NCBI GenBank assembly: GCA_964016885.1
Contig: OZ024758.1
Coordinates: 31,744,001-31,808,000 of the forward strand
Source of the DNA: Eledone cirrhosa
Lineage: Eukaryota
DNA: 64,000 nucleotides
Direction: 5' to 3'
The translations under genes were made by a program, and so were the position numbers. Below, piece by piece: positions 1-13,024 of the stretch (its first letter is position 1; the number at the start of each line of letters is the position of its first letter). The notes beneath the pieces were generated by a model. That model worked only from the letters and a program-made list of their open reading frames with translations, did no database searches and was not told the DNA's origin.

Positions 1-2576
1 CTGTATATATAACATGTTATATACAACATACTGTATATAACATACTGTATATACAACATACTGTATATACAACATACTGTATACAACATACTGTATACAA
101 CATACTGTATATACAACATACTGTATATACAATATACTGTATATAACATACTGTATATAACATACTGTATATACAATATACTGTATATAACATACTGTAT
201 ATAACATACTGTATATACAACATACTGTATATACAACATACTGTATACAACATACTGTATATACAACATACTGTATATACAACATACTGTATATACAACA
301 TACTGTATACAACATACTGTATATACAACATACTGTATATAGAACATACTGTATATACAACATACTGTATATACAACATACTGTATATACAACATACTGT
401 ATACAACATACTGTATACAACATACTGTATATACAACATACTGTATATACAACATACTGTATATACAACATACTGTATATACAACATACTATATACAACA
501 TACTCTATACAACACTTTATATACAACATACTGTATACAACATACTGTATATACAACATACTGTATATACAACATACTGTATATACAACATACTGTATAT
601 ACAACATACTGTATATATAACATACTGTATGTAACATACTATACATATACAACAAACTGTATATAACATACTATATACAACATACTGTATATACAACATA
701 CTGTATATATAACATACTGTATAAAACACTTTATATACAACATACTGTATATAACATACTGTATATAACATACTGTATATACAACATACTGTATATAACA
801 TACTGTATATACAACATACTGTATACAACATACTGTATATACAACATACTATATATACAACATACTATATATACAACATACTGTATATAACATACTATAT
901 ACAACATACTCTATACAACACTTTATATACAACATACTGTATATAACATACTGTATACAACATACTGTATATACAACATACTGTATATACAACATACTGT
1001 ATATACAACATACTGTATATACAACATACTGTATATACAACATACTGTATATACAACATACTGTATATACAACATACTGTATATAACATACTGTATATAC
1101 AACATACTGTATATACAACATATTGAATATATAACATACTGTATACAACACTTTATATACAACATACTGTATATAACATACTGTATACAACATACTGTAT
1201 ATAACATACTGTATATACAACATACTGTATACAACATACGGTATATATAACATACTGTATATATAACATACTGTATATATAACATACTGTATATAACATA
1301 CTGTATACAACATACTGTATATAACATACTGTATGTAACATACTATATATACAACATACTGTATATACAACATATATATATAACATACTGTATATACAAC
1401 ATACTGTATATAACATACTATATATATAACATACTATATATATAACATACTATATATATAACATACTATATATATAACATACTATATACAACATACTGTA
1501 TATATAACATACTATATACAACATACTGTATATATAACATACTATATATAACATACTGTATATATAACATACGATATACAACATACTGTATATATAACAT
1601 ACGATATACAACATACTGTATATATAACATACGATATACAACATACTGTATATATAACATACGATATACAACATACTGTATATATAACATACTATATACA
1701 ACATACTGTATATATAACATACTATATACAACATACTGTATATATAACATACGATATACAACATACTGTATATACAACATACTGTATATATAACATACTA
1801 TATACAACATACTGTATATACAACATACTGTATATATAACATACTATATACAACATACTGTATATATAACATACTATATACAACATACTGTGTATATAAC
1901 ATACTATATATATAACATACTATATACAACATACTGTATATATAACATACGATATACAACATACTGTATATATAACATACTATATACAACATACTGTATA
2001 TATAACATACTATATACAACATACTGTATATATAACATACGATATACAACATACTGTATATATAACATACGATATACAACATACTGTATATATAACATAC
2101 TATATACAACATACTATATACAACATACTGTATATATAACATACTATATACAACATACTGTATATATAACATACTATATACAACATACTATATACAACAT
2201 ACTGTATATATAACATACTATATACAACATACTGTATATATAACATACTATATACAACATACTATATACAACATACTGTATATATAACATACTATATACA
2301 ACATACTGTATATATAACATACTATATACAACATACTGTATATATAACATACTATATACAACATACTATATACAACATACTGTATATATAACACTATATA
2401 CAACATACTGTATATATAACATACTATATACAACATACTGTATATATAACATACTATATACAACATACTGTATACAACATACTGTATATATAACATACTG
2501 TATATATAACATACGATATACAACATACTGTATACAACATACTGTATATATAACATACGATATACAACATACTGTA
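1..2576. repeat. Simple satellite of 14/16-nt monomers (CAACATACTGTATA[TA]); about 1470-2400 is largely a 30-nt (16+14) higher-order repeat
   Basis: Direct periodicity; TATATAACATACTATATACAACATACTGTA recurs at 30-nt spacing. Confidence 0.97.
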
Positions 2577-2877
2577 TTTAAGTTGCACCGTTTTATAAGA
2601 AAAAATTTAAAAAATTGCAATATAAAAACCAGTATGTGACTAAAATATAAAAATATCATAGTACCGTGTCTTAAATGTTTAGTAAACTGGCTGGTGGAAT
2701 TGTAAGAGAATGGAACATCTTGTGGCATGTGTTCCATCTCTGTGTGTTCTGAGTTCACCTCCTGTCACTGTAAAAATCAAATCATAATAGTACTGGGGCT
2801 TGAACTGGCTGTAAATAGCATTGAAAAGGCTCAGTTTTGAAATAGCTATAAAGTATATCTAATTATGATGGTGAATT

Positions 2878-3217
2878 GGCAGAGTTGTTAAAGCATATTT
2901 ATTCTGGCCCTGGCGGAGTTGTTAAAGCATATTTATTCTGGCCCTGGCGGAGTTGTTAAAGCATATTTATTCTGGCCCTGGCGGAGTTGTTAAAGCATAT
3001 TTATTCTGGCCCTGGCAGAGTTGTTAAAGCATATTTATTCTGGCCCTGGCAGAGTTGTTAAAGCATATTTATTCTGGCCCTGGCAGAGTTGTTAAAGCAT
3101 ATTTATTCTGGCCCTGGCAGAGTTGTTAAAGCATATTTATTCTGGCCCTGGCAGAGTTGTTAAAGCATATTTATTCTGGCCCTGGCGGAGTTGTTAAAGC
3201 ATATTTATTCTGGCCCT
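2878..3217 (+). repeat. 10 x 34-nt tandem repeat within a SINE head
   Basis: GGC(A/G)GAGTTGTTAAAGCATATTTATTCTGGCCCT x10, followed by SINE B-box/body sequence (GAATTCAAATCTC...CCTTTCATCC). Confidence 0.9.
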
Positions 3218-3657
3218 CTGCTCTCTGAATTCAAATCTCACTGTGGTCAGTTTTTACCTTTCATCCATTTGAGTTAAAGTACTTGTCCAGAACAAGTGGA
3301 TTCGTGAAATTGTAAGGGGATTGGATAGGATATGATATCTTACAGCATGTGTTCCGTCCCTGTGCGTTTTGAGTTCAAATTCCACCTCCTGTCACTGTAA
3401 AAATTTATATTATAATAGTACCGGGGCTTCCCCCCATTATTAAAAGATCATCGATACTTATGAGATGCAACCTCACGGGAAGCCAACTAAACCTATGCAG
3501 GTGTGAGTTCTAATAACAATAAAATTCATTTTGTATTTACTATAATCACTAGTGTAGCTTGATATACAATTAACAAATATTAGGTTTTTGTATTTATATT
3601 TACCAATGTGTAAAATTATATTAAATTGTATCCTAAATTGTTTCTATTATTTTGCAG

Positions 3658-3722
3658 TACTGATTATGATGCAGAATTTTTTAAAAAGTTTACCATGGTT
3701 ATGAATGCTCTTGACAATCGAG
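3658..3722 (+). CDS. UBA2: UBA2/SAE2 coding exon (first one visible in the window)
   Basis: ag|...|gtgagt; translates TDYDAEFFKKFTMVMNALDNR, the E1 adenylation domain. Confidence 0.93.
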
Positions 3723-3772
3723 GTGAGTGAGATGTTTTGATTAGTTTGCATGATATAGAACAATTCTTTATA

Positions 3773-4144
3773 AGAAATACAAATTTAAATAAGTTTAAAT
3801 ATTTGAGAGCCCTACAATGTGTACAAGATGAAAAGTGCCAAGGTAATAGAAGTTATAGAAGAAAGACTGAAGGCTAGAATTTTACCTTAGCAAATTTATT
3901 TATCTCAAATATTTTCGGGTTTAAAAACTCATTATCAAGAGAGATTTGTATGTAGGAGTTCAAAGGAGAAGAGTTGTTGATAAAGGGTTTTTAAACCCCA
4001 AAATATTTAAGATAAATAAATTTGCTCTGGTAAAATTCTATCGTCCTCGGTCTTTCCTCTATAACTCCTATTACCTTGGCACTTTTAATCTTGTACGCAT
4101 TGTAGGGTTTCCAAATATTTAAATTTATTTGAATTTGTATTTCC
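3773..4144. mobile_element. Fold-back MITE-like element, arms about 165 bp, flanked by TA
   Basis: GAAATACAAATTTAAATAAG... is the approximate reverse complement of ...ATTTATTTGAATTTGTATTTC; TA at 3771-3772 and 4145-4146. Confidence 0.8.
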
Positions 4145-4660
4145 TATTCCACAATGCTTCAAGCAAACTACAACACTTTGCAATTCTTTATTTTTAATTT
4201 TTATTTATATATTATAAATTCTTAATCTCTTACAAGTATTTAAACATTTGTTAGGTCTTCCATATTGCCTCAAAAGTGGCTCGACTTAAAAAAAAAAAAA
4301 TACAGGTACACCTCAGCTTACGTCATTTCAGCTTTTGACATTTTCAAAGTTAGTTTTTCTTAATATTGTACGGCAAAAATAAACCTTGTTATGTTGATTG
4401 ACTCAATTGTACGTTAGTCTTCCAAAAATATTAAATCATATCTTCCTATCTTAGGCATTCGTCAGTCTTGAAACCCATGGATCTCTGCCTGGAGAATTTT
4501 GTGTCAACTGTATATTGTATGTTGAAGTACAACACTGGGGAATGCTTGTTTACGGAGGTGAAGGTGGGGTTTCGACATTGCTCTTGCTAAGAAAGAAATG
4601 TATGTAAATTTGACACCAAACCTCTTGGTTAAATTGAGTAACTGTTATATTATCTTTCAG

Positions 4661-4761
4661 CTGCTCGTAACCATGTCAATCGTCTGTGCCTAGCTGCTAA
4701 CATTCCTCTTATAGAAAGTGGTACTGCAGGATACTTGGGACAGGTCACTGTTATTAAAAAG
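4661..4761 (+). CDS. UBA2: UBA2 coding exon
   Basis: ag/gt boundaries; [33 protein letters not shown]. Confidence 0.96.
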
Positions 4762-4839
4762 GTAAGTTAATAAGTTTTGAAATCTAATTTCAAAAAGTGG
4801 ACATGAATCTTGGGTGATGACTGAAAGAATTTGATCACG

Positions 4840-5216
4840 AATACAAGCGGCTGAAAAGTATTCTTCTGGGGGGGTCTTTGGAGTAATGTTACTCGATAAA
4901 GTGCGTAGCATCGGAGCTGTGATGTCTCAATTCTCGAATTGAGACATCACAGCTCCGATGCTATGGGCATGTAGTTAGAATGTCTCAGGAAAGAATCGCT
5001 GGACAGATTTTATGGGCAAAACCAACTGGCAGGAGACCTAGGGGTAGATACCGAGCAAGATGGTTGGGTAACATCCATGAACTTGGCTGGTCACACTTGG
5101 GGATCCAGCCAGATCAGGTGGAAACTGTTCCTCCTGACAGGACCCACTGGAAGGCGTGTTTGAGGACTCTGCCCCCATGACCCTCTCAGGAATAAGTGGG
5201 TGAAGAAGGAAGAAAT
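4840..5216 (+). mobile_element. Degenerate LINE 3' fragment (RTE-like) with a GAA-rich tail
   Basis: Translates QLRCYGHVVRMSQERIAGQILWAKPTGRRPRGR; related pieces at about 15235-15395, 16757-16910, 17213-17385(-) and 24765-25120(-). Confidence 0.8.
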
Positions 5217-5938
5217 TGACCCCATAGATGGGCCATCAGTCTCTTACATACAATCCCGAGCAAGTACCTCTGGATGTATTTTATTGTAATATCAGCATTG
5301 GAGAGGTCATCATGTCTTTGACACGACTGAAGAGGCTTCATAACTCTTCGTTTGCTAGGTTTTCTACAGTTGGTTGCCCTTTTTATCACCATGTATATCA
5401 TTGTTTTTACGCCTGTTTTTTTATGCTTGCATGGGTTGGACATGTCCTTTTCAGCACAGTACCTCTTTACACATTGCAATCCTTCATTAACTCTACTGTG
5501 GGTTTCAGTGATTAGAGGTCATCTCTCGCCACATCTGCCCAGATCTTCCTTGGTGTACCTTGACTGCAGCTTCCTTCCACTGGGATTTGTTCTCACTTCA
5601 CCCAGTCATCACAATGCAGTCTTCTATCTTGCACACTATTTCTGAGTCCCCTTTTATCATTTGTCATGCATCTTTATATAAATTTGAGCGACTTCTGTCC
5701 GTCAGTCACACAATGTGTGTGTGTCTGTGTTTGCAGTGTGTTTATATGTACTCATGCATATAGATGTATGCATATGCACATACACACACGCATCAGTATG
5801 TTGAAAAGAAATTCTAGTATTAAATATTACATTCTGTTAAGTGTTGTAATGTTGATTTTTTAATTTTTTGACTTCTCTTGCATTTTCTTATCTTCTCTGG
5901 TGTCTTGTTAATTTCTGTTATAACCTATGTCTATTTAG

Positions 5939-6060
5939 GGTTTAACAGAGTGCTATGAATGCCAACCAAAACCCACTCAAAAGACATTCCCTGGCTGCAC
6001 AATCCGCAATACTCCATCTGAACCTATTCATTGTGTTGTATGGGCAAAGCATCTTTTCAA
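5939..6060 (+). CDS. UBA2: UBA2 coding exon with the Zn-binding CxxC and the catalytic Cys
   Basis: [40 protein letters not shown]; ag/gt boundaries. Confidence 0.97.
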
Positions 6061-6310
6061 GTAAGTGTGTGAACCTGTTACACTATATTTTCTCTGTTAT
6101 GATAAATGCACGATAAAGCTTTTTGATTGTCATTAATTGAGATGGGGTACTTGAAAACAAACAGATTAAATATGTCCATTTTTTCCACATTAGCATGGGT
6201 TAGATGAGTTGTCTCATTTGAGACAAGCCAGATCAGATTGTGTCTTGCTCATACAGAACTGTTTCTGGTTCTGTTTCTACAGCTGGATGCTCTTCCTAAT
6301 ACCAATCACA

Positions 6311-6590
6311 TTTACTGTGTGGACTAGGTGCTTTTTGTCATGTTGCCAACATGACCACTTTACAGTGTGGAGTGGGCACTTTTTGTTGTGTCGCCAATAC
6401 GACCACTTTACAGTGTGGACTGGGCACTTTTTGTCGTGTCGCCAATATGACCACTTTACAGTGTGGATTGGGCACTTTTTGTCGTGTCGCCAATACGACC
6501 ACTTTACAGAGTGGATTGGGCACTTTTTGTCGTGTCACCAATACGACCACTTTACAGTGTGGATTGGGCACTTTTTGTCGTGTCACCAAA
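6311..6590 (-). repeat. About 6 x 48-nt tandem repeat inside an RTE 3'-UTR-derived element
   Basis: GACCACTTTACAGTGTGGATTGGGCACTTTTTGTCGTGTCGCCAATAC units at 6353, 6401, 6449, 6497 and 6545; the reverse complement resembles the LINE 3' UTR at 28677-28770. Confidence 0.85.
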
Positions 6591-6747
6591 ATATGAATTG
6601 CTGTAAGGTGAACATTTCATATAAAATACTACTGTCTAAAATAATGGATTAATTTTGTGTCAACTAGTGTAGATTGTAAAATATTGAAAGAGATGGCCAC
6701 TTTGTTTTTTATTGAAATTTATATAGAATTGTTCCATTGTCTTGCAG

Positions 6748-6815
6748 CCAACTTTTTGGAGAAGAAGATCCTGATCAAGATGTTTCTCCTGACACTGAAG
6801 ATCCTGAGTTGACAG
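6748..6815 (+). CDS. UBA2: UBA2 coding exon
   Basis: QLFGEEDPDQDVSPDTEDPELT; ag/gt boundaries, phase consistent. Confidence 0.95.
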
Positions 6816-6970
6816 GTAAATATATCACCTTTACTTGTACTTAAACATTTCTATTTTATTTTTTAATTGCAAGCCCATAACATTGTAGATGTTTTTATAA
6901 TCTTATATTTGATGTCATACCTTTAAGTGAAGGTACATGGTTCACTATTTGAAATGCCATACCTTTGAGT

Positions 6971-7250
6971 GAAGGCACATGGCTCAGTGGTTAGAGCACT
7001 AGGTTTACAATCGTCAGATTGTGAGTTCGATTCTCAGACTGGATGGTGTGTTGTGTCCTTGAGCAAGACACTTCATTTCAAGTTGCTCCAGTTTACTCAG
7101 CTGTAGAAATGAATTGTGATATCACTGGTGCCAAGCTGTATCAGCCATTGCCTTTCCCTTGGACAACATCGATGGAGAGGTGAGACTGGTATGAGTGACT
7201 GCTGGTCTTCCACAAACAACCTTGCCCGGACTTGTACCTTGTAGGAGAAC
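6971..7250 (+). mobile_element. tRNA-derived SINE (family A)
   Basis: A box TGGCTCAGTGG, B box GAGTTCGATTC, then body TTGTGTCCTTGAGCAAGACAC. Confidence 0.8.
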
Positions 7251-7521
7251 AGACTGATAATATCTAACAGTCACTAACAGAACACTGTTAGTGACGGGGT
7301 CTTTATTCATACCTTCACATAAAATACTTATTTATCTAAATACATTTATTTTAATTGATTGTTTTGGGGTGTTTTGTTTTGTAGAAACCTTTTTACTATT
7401 GGCTTATATATATGTTGTTATTTAATTATCACTTTAAACTCAAAGTAATGATATTTTTGTATAGGTCTCTCTTTTCTGTCTAAATTATATTTTAGTAATG
7501 TTTAATTTTTCTTTTATATAG

Positions 7522-7646
7522 CGGAGGCTGGAGAATCTGCCCTTAATTCTACTTCTCAAAGTGAATCTACTGGAGATGTTGATAGAAAGTCTACTAGAAC
7601 TTGGGCCCATGAAACTGGCTATGATTTTCAGAAAATGTTTAACAAG
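7522..7646 (+). CDS. UBA2: UBA2 coding exon
   Basis: EAGESALNSTSQSESTGDVDRKSTRTWAHETGYDFQKMFNK; ag/gt. Confidence 0.9.
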
Positions 7647-7750
7647 GTGCTTAGATTAATCAATATTTTGTACATTTTGTTTTCTTGTATTCTAGCTGTG
7701 TCCTTTCACTGTTTGGTCGTTAATTAAAACAATATTTTGATATTTTTCAG

Positions 7751-7850
7751 CTGTTCCATAATGACATCAAATATTTGCTTTCAATGGAGAAACTTTGGGA
7801 AAAACGAAAACCTCCTAAACCCTTAGTTTACCAAAACCTGCCCACAACAG
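7751..7850 (+). CDS. UBA2: UBA2 coding exon
   Basis: LFHNDIKYLLSMEKLWEKRKPPKPL; ag/gt. Confidence 0.95.
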
Positions 7851-8150
7851 GTACATGTTTCTATATTTTTTGGTCTCCTGCATACATCCACAAACATTTT
7901 GTACAGTGAAATTCACGAGGTATATAAAAAAAAATTGTAACTTAAAAAAATTCTTTATAACGAGATTGACCAAATTGAGTGTTTGTTTGTTGTTACCCTG
8001 GGGGTTGAAAAATATTTCGTTATAATGGTATTCATTATAACAGAATTTTAACTCCTATGAAATATACTTGACCTGGCAAAATAATAAATACAAGATGCCG
8101 TGTTGAATTAACCCTTTTATGACCATATTTCTAATAAAATACCCTGTAGT

Positions 8151-8521
8151 GAAGGCGCATGGCTTAGTGGTTAGAGCATTGAGCTTGCAATCGAAAGGTT
8201 GTGAGTTCAATACTCGGACCGGGTGATGTTTTTTCCTTGAACAAGACACTTTATTTCACATTGCTCCAGTTTACTCAGCTGTAGAAATGAGATGATAGGA
8301 CTGGAGTCCCTATCATTCCACTGCAAAGTGGACGTGTAGGCGCCACGGAAAAAAAGCACCGAGCACTCACTGTAAATGAGGTTGGTGTTAGGAAGGGCAT
8401 CCAGCTGTAGAAATCAAGCCAGAATCAGTTCCCATATGAGCAAGACAAGGTCAGCCAACAGGACAGCCCGTCTAACCCATGTTAGCGTGAAAGAACGGAC
8501 GTAAAACGGTGATGATGATGA
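8151..8521 (+). mobile_element. Full-length tRNA-derived SINE with an RTE-derived tail and a 6-bp TSD
   Basis: A/B boxes; 3' about 200 nt match LINE 28719-28930; (GAT)n tail; TGTAGT at 8145-8150 and 8522-8527. Confidence 0.9.
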
Positions 8522-9691
8522 TGTAGTTCTTATAATAGATGGGTTGTATGTTCAATTCCTGGACTGAGTTCAATTGTTGTCCTTGAGAAAGAAACTTTAT
8601 TTCACATTGCTCCAGTTCACTCAGCTGTAGAAATGAGTTGTGATATCACTGATGCCAAGCTGTATCAGCCATTGCCTTTCCCTTGACATCATCGGTGGTG
8701 TGGAGGGAAGAGACTAGAATGCATGGGCAACTGCTGGTCTTTGGAATTGTGCCTTGGAAGGGAAACTTTCTAGGTGCAAATTCCATGGTCACTTGTGACT
8801 GAAGAGGGTATTTACTGAAATAATTATTTCTTTATCAAGATATTTGTAATATAAAAAAGATTCTCAGATAAAATTATTTTGGAAGATTTTGATTTAAATA
8901 GAAACCTTTTAAAATAAGTGAATTTAGCCTATAGAACCATAGGCAGTTTTGGGAGGGTATGAAAAGGGTTAAACCTGTTTTCTAATTTTGCTGGGGGATG
9001 GGGGAGTTAATCCTTGATTAGATATTGTAACACATAACAATAGACATTAGGAAATATAAACTGAGGAAAAGCCTGAAGCACATGCAGATGAATTTCAGGC
9101 CTAATTCACTTTTAATAGGCAGGAAACGTAGTATTTACAAGTAACTGAAACATGTCATACAAGTTGAAAGTACTTCACTTGTATACTCTTCATGTGGCTG
9201 TATAGCCAGATAACTGAAATTACACTGCACATGCATTATCATAATTGTATATTTGAGTGTCATGAGTTTTAATAATGGTTTCTACTATAGGCACATGGCT
9301 AGCAAATTTTGGGGTGAAGGGAAAGTTGATTAAATCGACCCTAGTGCATAACTGGTACTTTATTTTATTGGACAGGATATTAACTACTGGGTCACCTTTC
9401 TTTGGATGTCTGTTCAATCAGAGCTGACCTGGAATTAACTCTTTCGTATTTACATTACTCTATATATACTATTGTATTTTCATGGTAAAGGCTTTATCTC
9501 ACATAATATCGAATCAGAGATTTTGATATTATTTATTTTGAGAACAATGCCTTAATGTTGAGATAAGACCCATTTTAAAGGTTTCCAATTTAAATTAGAA
9601 TCTCCCGGCATAATCTTGTACAAGAACCTTATATTTACTATCTTACTAATAAAATAATAATATTAGTAAATCCCTCAAAATTCTTCCTTAA

Positions 9692-9883
9692 CCCTTTAGC
9701 ATTCACATTACTCTATATATACTATTATATTTTCATGGTATTATTTTCACATAATATCGAATCTGAGATTTTGAAAGTATTTATTTTGAGAACAATACCT
9801 TAACATCAGTTTGAGTGTTACCAGTTACAGCCAGTTTCAACAGAAAGAGGTAGAGAATTCTGGCCGGTTTGAACATTAAAGGG
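9692..9883. mobile_element. piggyBac-type MITE within a cluster of related MITEs (about 9436-10195)
   Basis: TTAA|CCCTTTAGCATTC...GAACATTAAAGGG|TTAA. Confidence 0.85.
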
Positions 9884-10335
9884 TTAATTAATTAAAATAG
9901 AATGTATTTCATTAGTAATGCAGTCATGAAAGGGTTAAATGTTATTTTTCTTGAAATATTATTTAACCCTTTTGTTACCAATCCAGCCCAAACCAGCTCT
10001 GGTTCTATGAAATAAAACCACCCATTTTAAAGGTTTCCAATTTAAATAAAAATCTTTCAGCTTAATTTTATATAAGTACCTTACATTAAGTTACTATCTT
10101 ACTAATGAAATAATTTTAGTAAATCCATCTAAATTTTTTCTTAAGTAATTAAAATAGAGTATTTCATTAGAAATGTGGTCATGAAAGGGGTAAACTACAA
10201 TATCATTCAAGATATAACATAAAAAGTTTTAAATCTCTCAAAATATTTTTTATTTTTGTTTCTTTTAATTAAAAAAAAAAAAATTAAAAGAAAACATGTT
10301 ACAAGTTAAGTTCTATATCTTAACTATTTTTGCAG

Positions 10336-10490
10336 TCCCTCACTCATCATCATCGACATCATCATCATTAATCAAAGATCAACAGATCCGATCAATAAAA
10401 GACTATGCAGATATGTTCAGTAACTGTCTCTCTGCACTCAATACAGAACTTGCCAAACAAGGGGATGGTGGCCTACTTGCCTGGGATAAG
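10336..10490 (+). CDS. UBA2: UBA2 coding exon
   Basis: PHSSSSTSSSLIKDQQIRSIKDYADMFSNCLSALNTELAKQGDGGLLAWDK; ag/gt. Confidence 0.93.
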
Positions 10491-11335
10491 GTTAGTTTAC
10501 TTTTATTATTCATTATTATTGATTTTTCTTTGTTTATCATGGGCATACATGCTGTTAAGTGATTGGTGTTACGAAGGGTATCCGGCCATAGAACACCAAT
10601 GGAGATAACTTGTTGACCTGTCTGGCCTCAGAATCCATAATGCATGAATAGCATTTTCAGCTTTAGAATATTAAAGCAAGCAGAGCAATATATGTACTTT
10701 GTCAGAAAACAAGATAACATTTCTATAAATATCACAAACGAAAAAGGGAGTCTCTGGCCAGTTACTTGACTTGCTAGAAAGAGCAGCAAATTTCTTTCAA
10801 ATCACATTAATCCTAAATAAAATGATACATTTGACAATGTAGTTTAGTCACAGCTAGAATGTCTTTGATTCTATTTTTATAAATATCACAAATGAAAAAA
10901 GGGGCCTGTGACCTGTTAGAAATGGCAGCAAATCTCTTAAATCACATCATTATCGTCATTGTTTGAACGCTTTCCCTGCTAGCAAGGGTTAGACAGGTCT
11001 ACATATACCAGGTCAGTACTGAAGCAGGGCTGCTGATCTCCCGGACAAGCCAGGGATCTGCATCTCGCTTAATCTTAAATAAAATGATACATTATTCAAT
11101 GTAGTCGATGTAGAAAAAAATATGACAGGTCATAACTGGATTGTCTTTGATTTGTAACTCTATTTGATCAGGACTGAGCCATGGGCTGAACAATTACAAC
11201 CCTAACTGCCATAACCACTTGATGAGTGCATACTAGAGATATGATTATATATTCATATAAACCAGAAATTTCAAACTTTTGGGGCCACTACCCCCCTCAT
11301 GGCCATGTAATAACCTCACTGACCCCCAACCCTAA

Positions 11336-11517
11336 TTGTTTCTACTTTTGGCACAAGGCCAGCAATTATCCCAGTGTATTACTGGTACTTTATTTTATCG
11401 ATCCCATAAGGATGAAAGGCAAAGTTAACCTCGGCAGGATTTGAACTCAGACCATAAAGGGCCGTAACTCTATGCTGCAAAGCATGGCGTCTGACCAATA
11501 CTGCCAATCCACTGCCC
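11336..11517 (-). mobile_element. tRNA-derived SINE (family B)
   Basis: Reverse complement of the element at 22635-22822 (B box GAGTTCAAATCC, tail AAAAGTAGAAACAA). Confidence 0.85.
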
Positions 11518-11756
11518 TTTTTGTAAATAATATATAATAAATAGAATTGTTACTTTATATATGATTAATATAATATATACTATGTATAAATAAATATATT
11601 TTATTTTACTATATTTAATATATTATTATATCATCTCTACTGCCCCCTTGGATCTGGGACAATAGCGTCCAGTTTGAGAACCTCTGATGTAAAGTTTCTC
11701 CCAATATTTTAGTAATGGCTCTTCTTACTACCTTTAACTTTGTTTTCTCTCTGCAG

Positions 11757-11850
11757 GATGATGAAGTTGCAATGGATTTTGTCACAGCTACCAGTAACAT
11801 AAGAGCTCATATTTTTGGCATACCCATTAAATCACGATTTGATATTAAAT
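11757..11850 (+). CDS. UBA2: UBA2 coding exon
   Basis: DDEVAMDFVTATSNIRAHIFGIPIKSRFDIK; ag/gt. Confidence 0.95.
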
Positions 11851-12444
11851 GTGAGTGTTTTGTTCTATTAGTAATTGTTTTTTGAAAATATAAACTGCTT
11901 TTAATGTTTATTGAGAAACCAGTTGCACTAATTTCTATTGCTTTATTGAAAAATGGACGTTAAATGGTGATTATGATGATTCACTATCATAGGGCTGCCA
12001 CTTCAATTCCTGAACCAGGCAGCATATAGTGCTCTTTAGCAAGATGTTTCATTTTATGTTGCTTTTCATAATAGAAACCTCCTCTGTGACCTCCTCAGAG
12101 GTCAGTTAAACCTACATAGGTGTCAGCTATTTCATTTTCATATTCTTTTCTCTGCACATTACTTGCATCACTCAGTGATGAGGGTCAATTGAAAAGTTGG
12201 CTGACTAAAACACTCATGGAATGAGCAAATGAGGTTTGTTTTTTAACATAGTCCCTGGAAAGAAACAATACAGTTGCAAGATTTCACAGCCCTAGCATCA
12301 CTCTTTCATTGTCAACTTATGAAGTTTTTTTACCTACCCTTGTAAGTTTTGGGTTTTTGTGTAAGGTTTAATGATCAAATATTATTTTCATGCATTTTTA
12401 TTGAAAAAAAAAAAAATGTTTGTAACCATCTGTAATATTTGTAA

Positions 12445-13024
12445 TCTATATAAAGTTGTAGTTCCTGTTTGTTTGTTTCTTTGTCTGTTCATGAACTCCT
12501 CCTATGGTTTTGGAGATAGACCCCCCCATAACCATATATATTCTGAAACTACATTGCCCAGCGTACTTGGATAAGTATATTTCATTTCAATCAAAGGGTT
12601 CCCTGGGGGCACAAACCCCAGCTGAAAATTTTTTCCCTTCGATTTATATGAAATTTAAATGACAAGATATGACGCCTATTCACAAAAGTTTTCAATTGAT
12701 ATTTTGAAAAAAATTATTTACAAGAAACAAAATAAGAATAAGATTTAATAATGTAATTTTGATTAGATATATTACAAAACATAATTGTTTCTACTTTTGG
12801 CATAAGGCCAGCAATTATCCCAGTGCATTACTGGTACTTCATTTTATCGACCCCGTAAGGATGAAAGGCAAAGTTAACCTCTGCGCGGGCCATTACATTT
12901 TACATTGAGTAATATTGAAATGCAGAGTTTTTCTCCATAAATTATATCACTGATTTAAAATCAATCATCGTTTTCTTACAAAAAAAATGTGTGAAACTCA
13001 GCAAGGCGCGAGTGATTTGGCTAG
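12445..13024 (+). mobile_element. Non-autonomous Helitron-like element with a nested SINE-B fragment (about 12783-12880)
   Basis: A|TCTATATAAAG...ACTCAGCAAGGCGCGAGT hairpin...CTAG|T; the 5' end resembles the Helitron at 55558. Confidence 0.7.

Noticed and set aside
17-2758. Many Y/C/I/V-rich ORFs
   Set aside because: They are translations of the simple satellite, with no splice or homology support
2878-3217. CRISPR-like 34-nt repeats
   Set aside because: Head-to-tail repeats with no unique spacers, no cas genes, eukaryotic context
3421-3500. Possible extra UBA2 exon ending in CAG|GTGTGAG
   Set aside because: No translation resembling the expected upstream UBA2 sequence; similar text recurs near 12090-12125, suggesting a repeat
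6971-7045. tRNA genes at the SINE heads (also 8151 and 30587)
   Set aside because: A/B boxes are present but run into repeated SINE bodies without a clean cloverleaf or terminator
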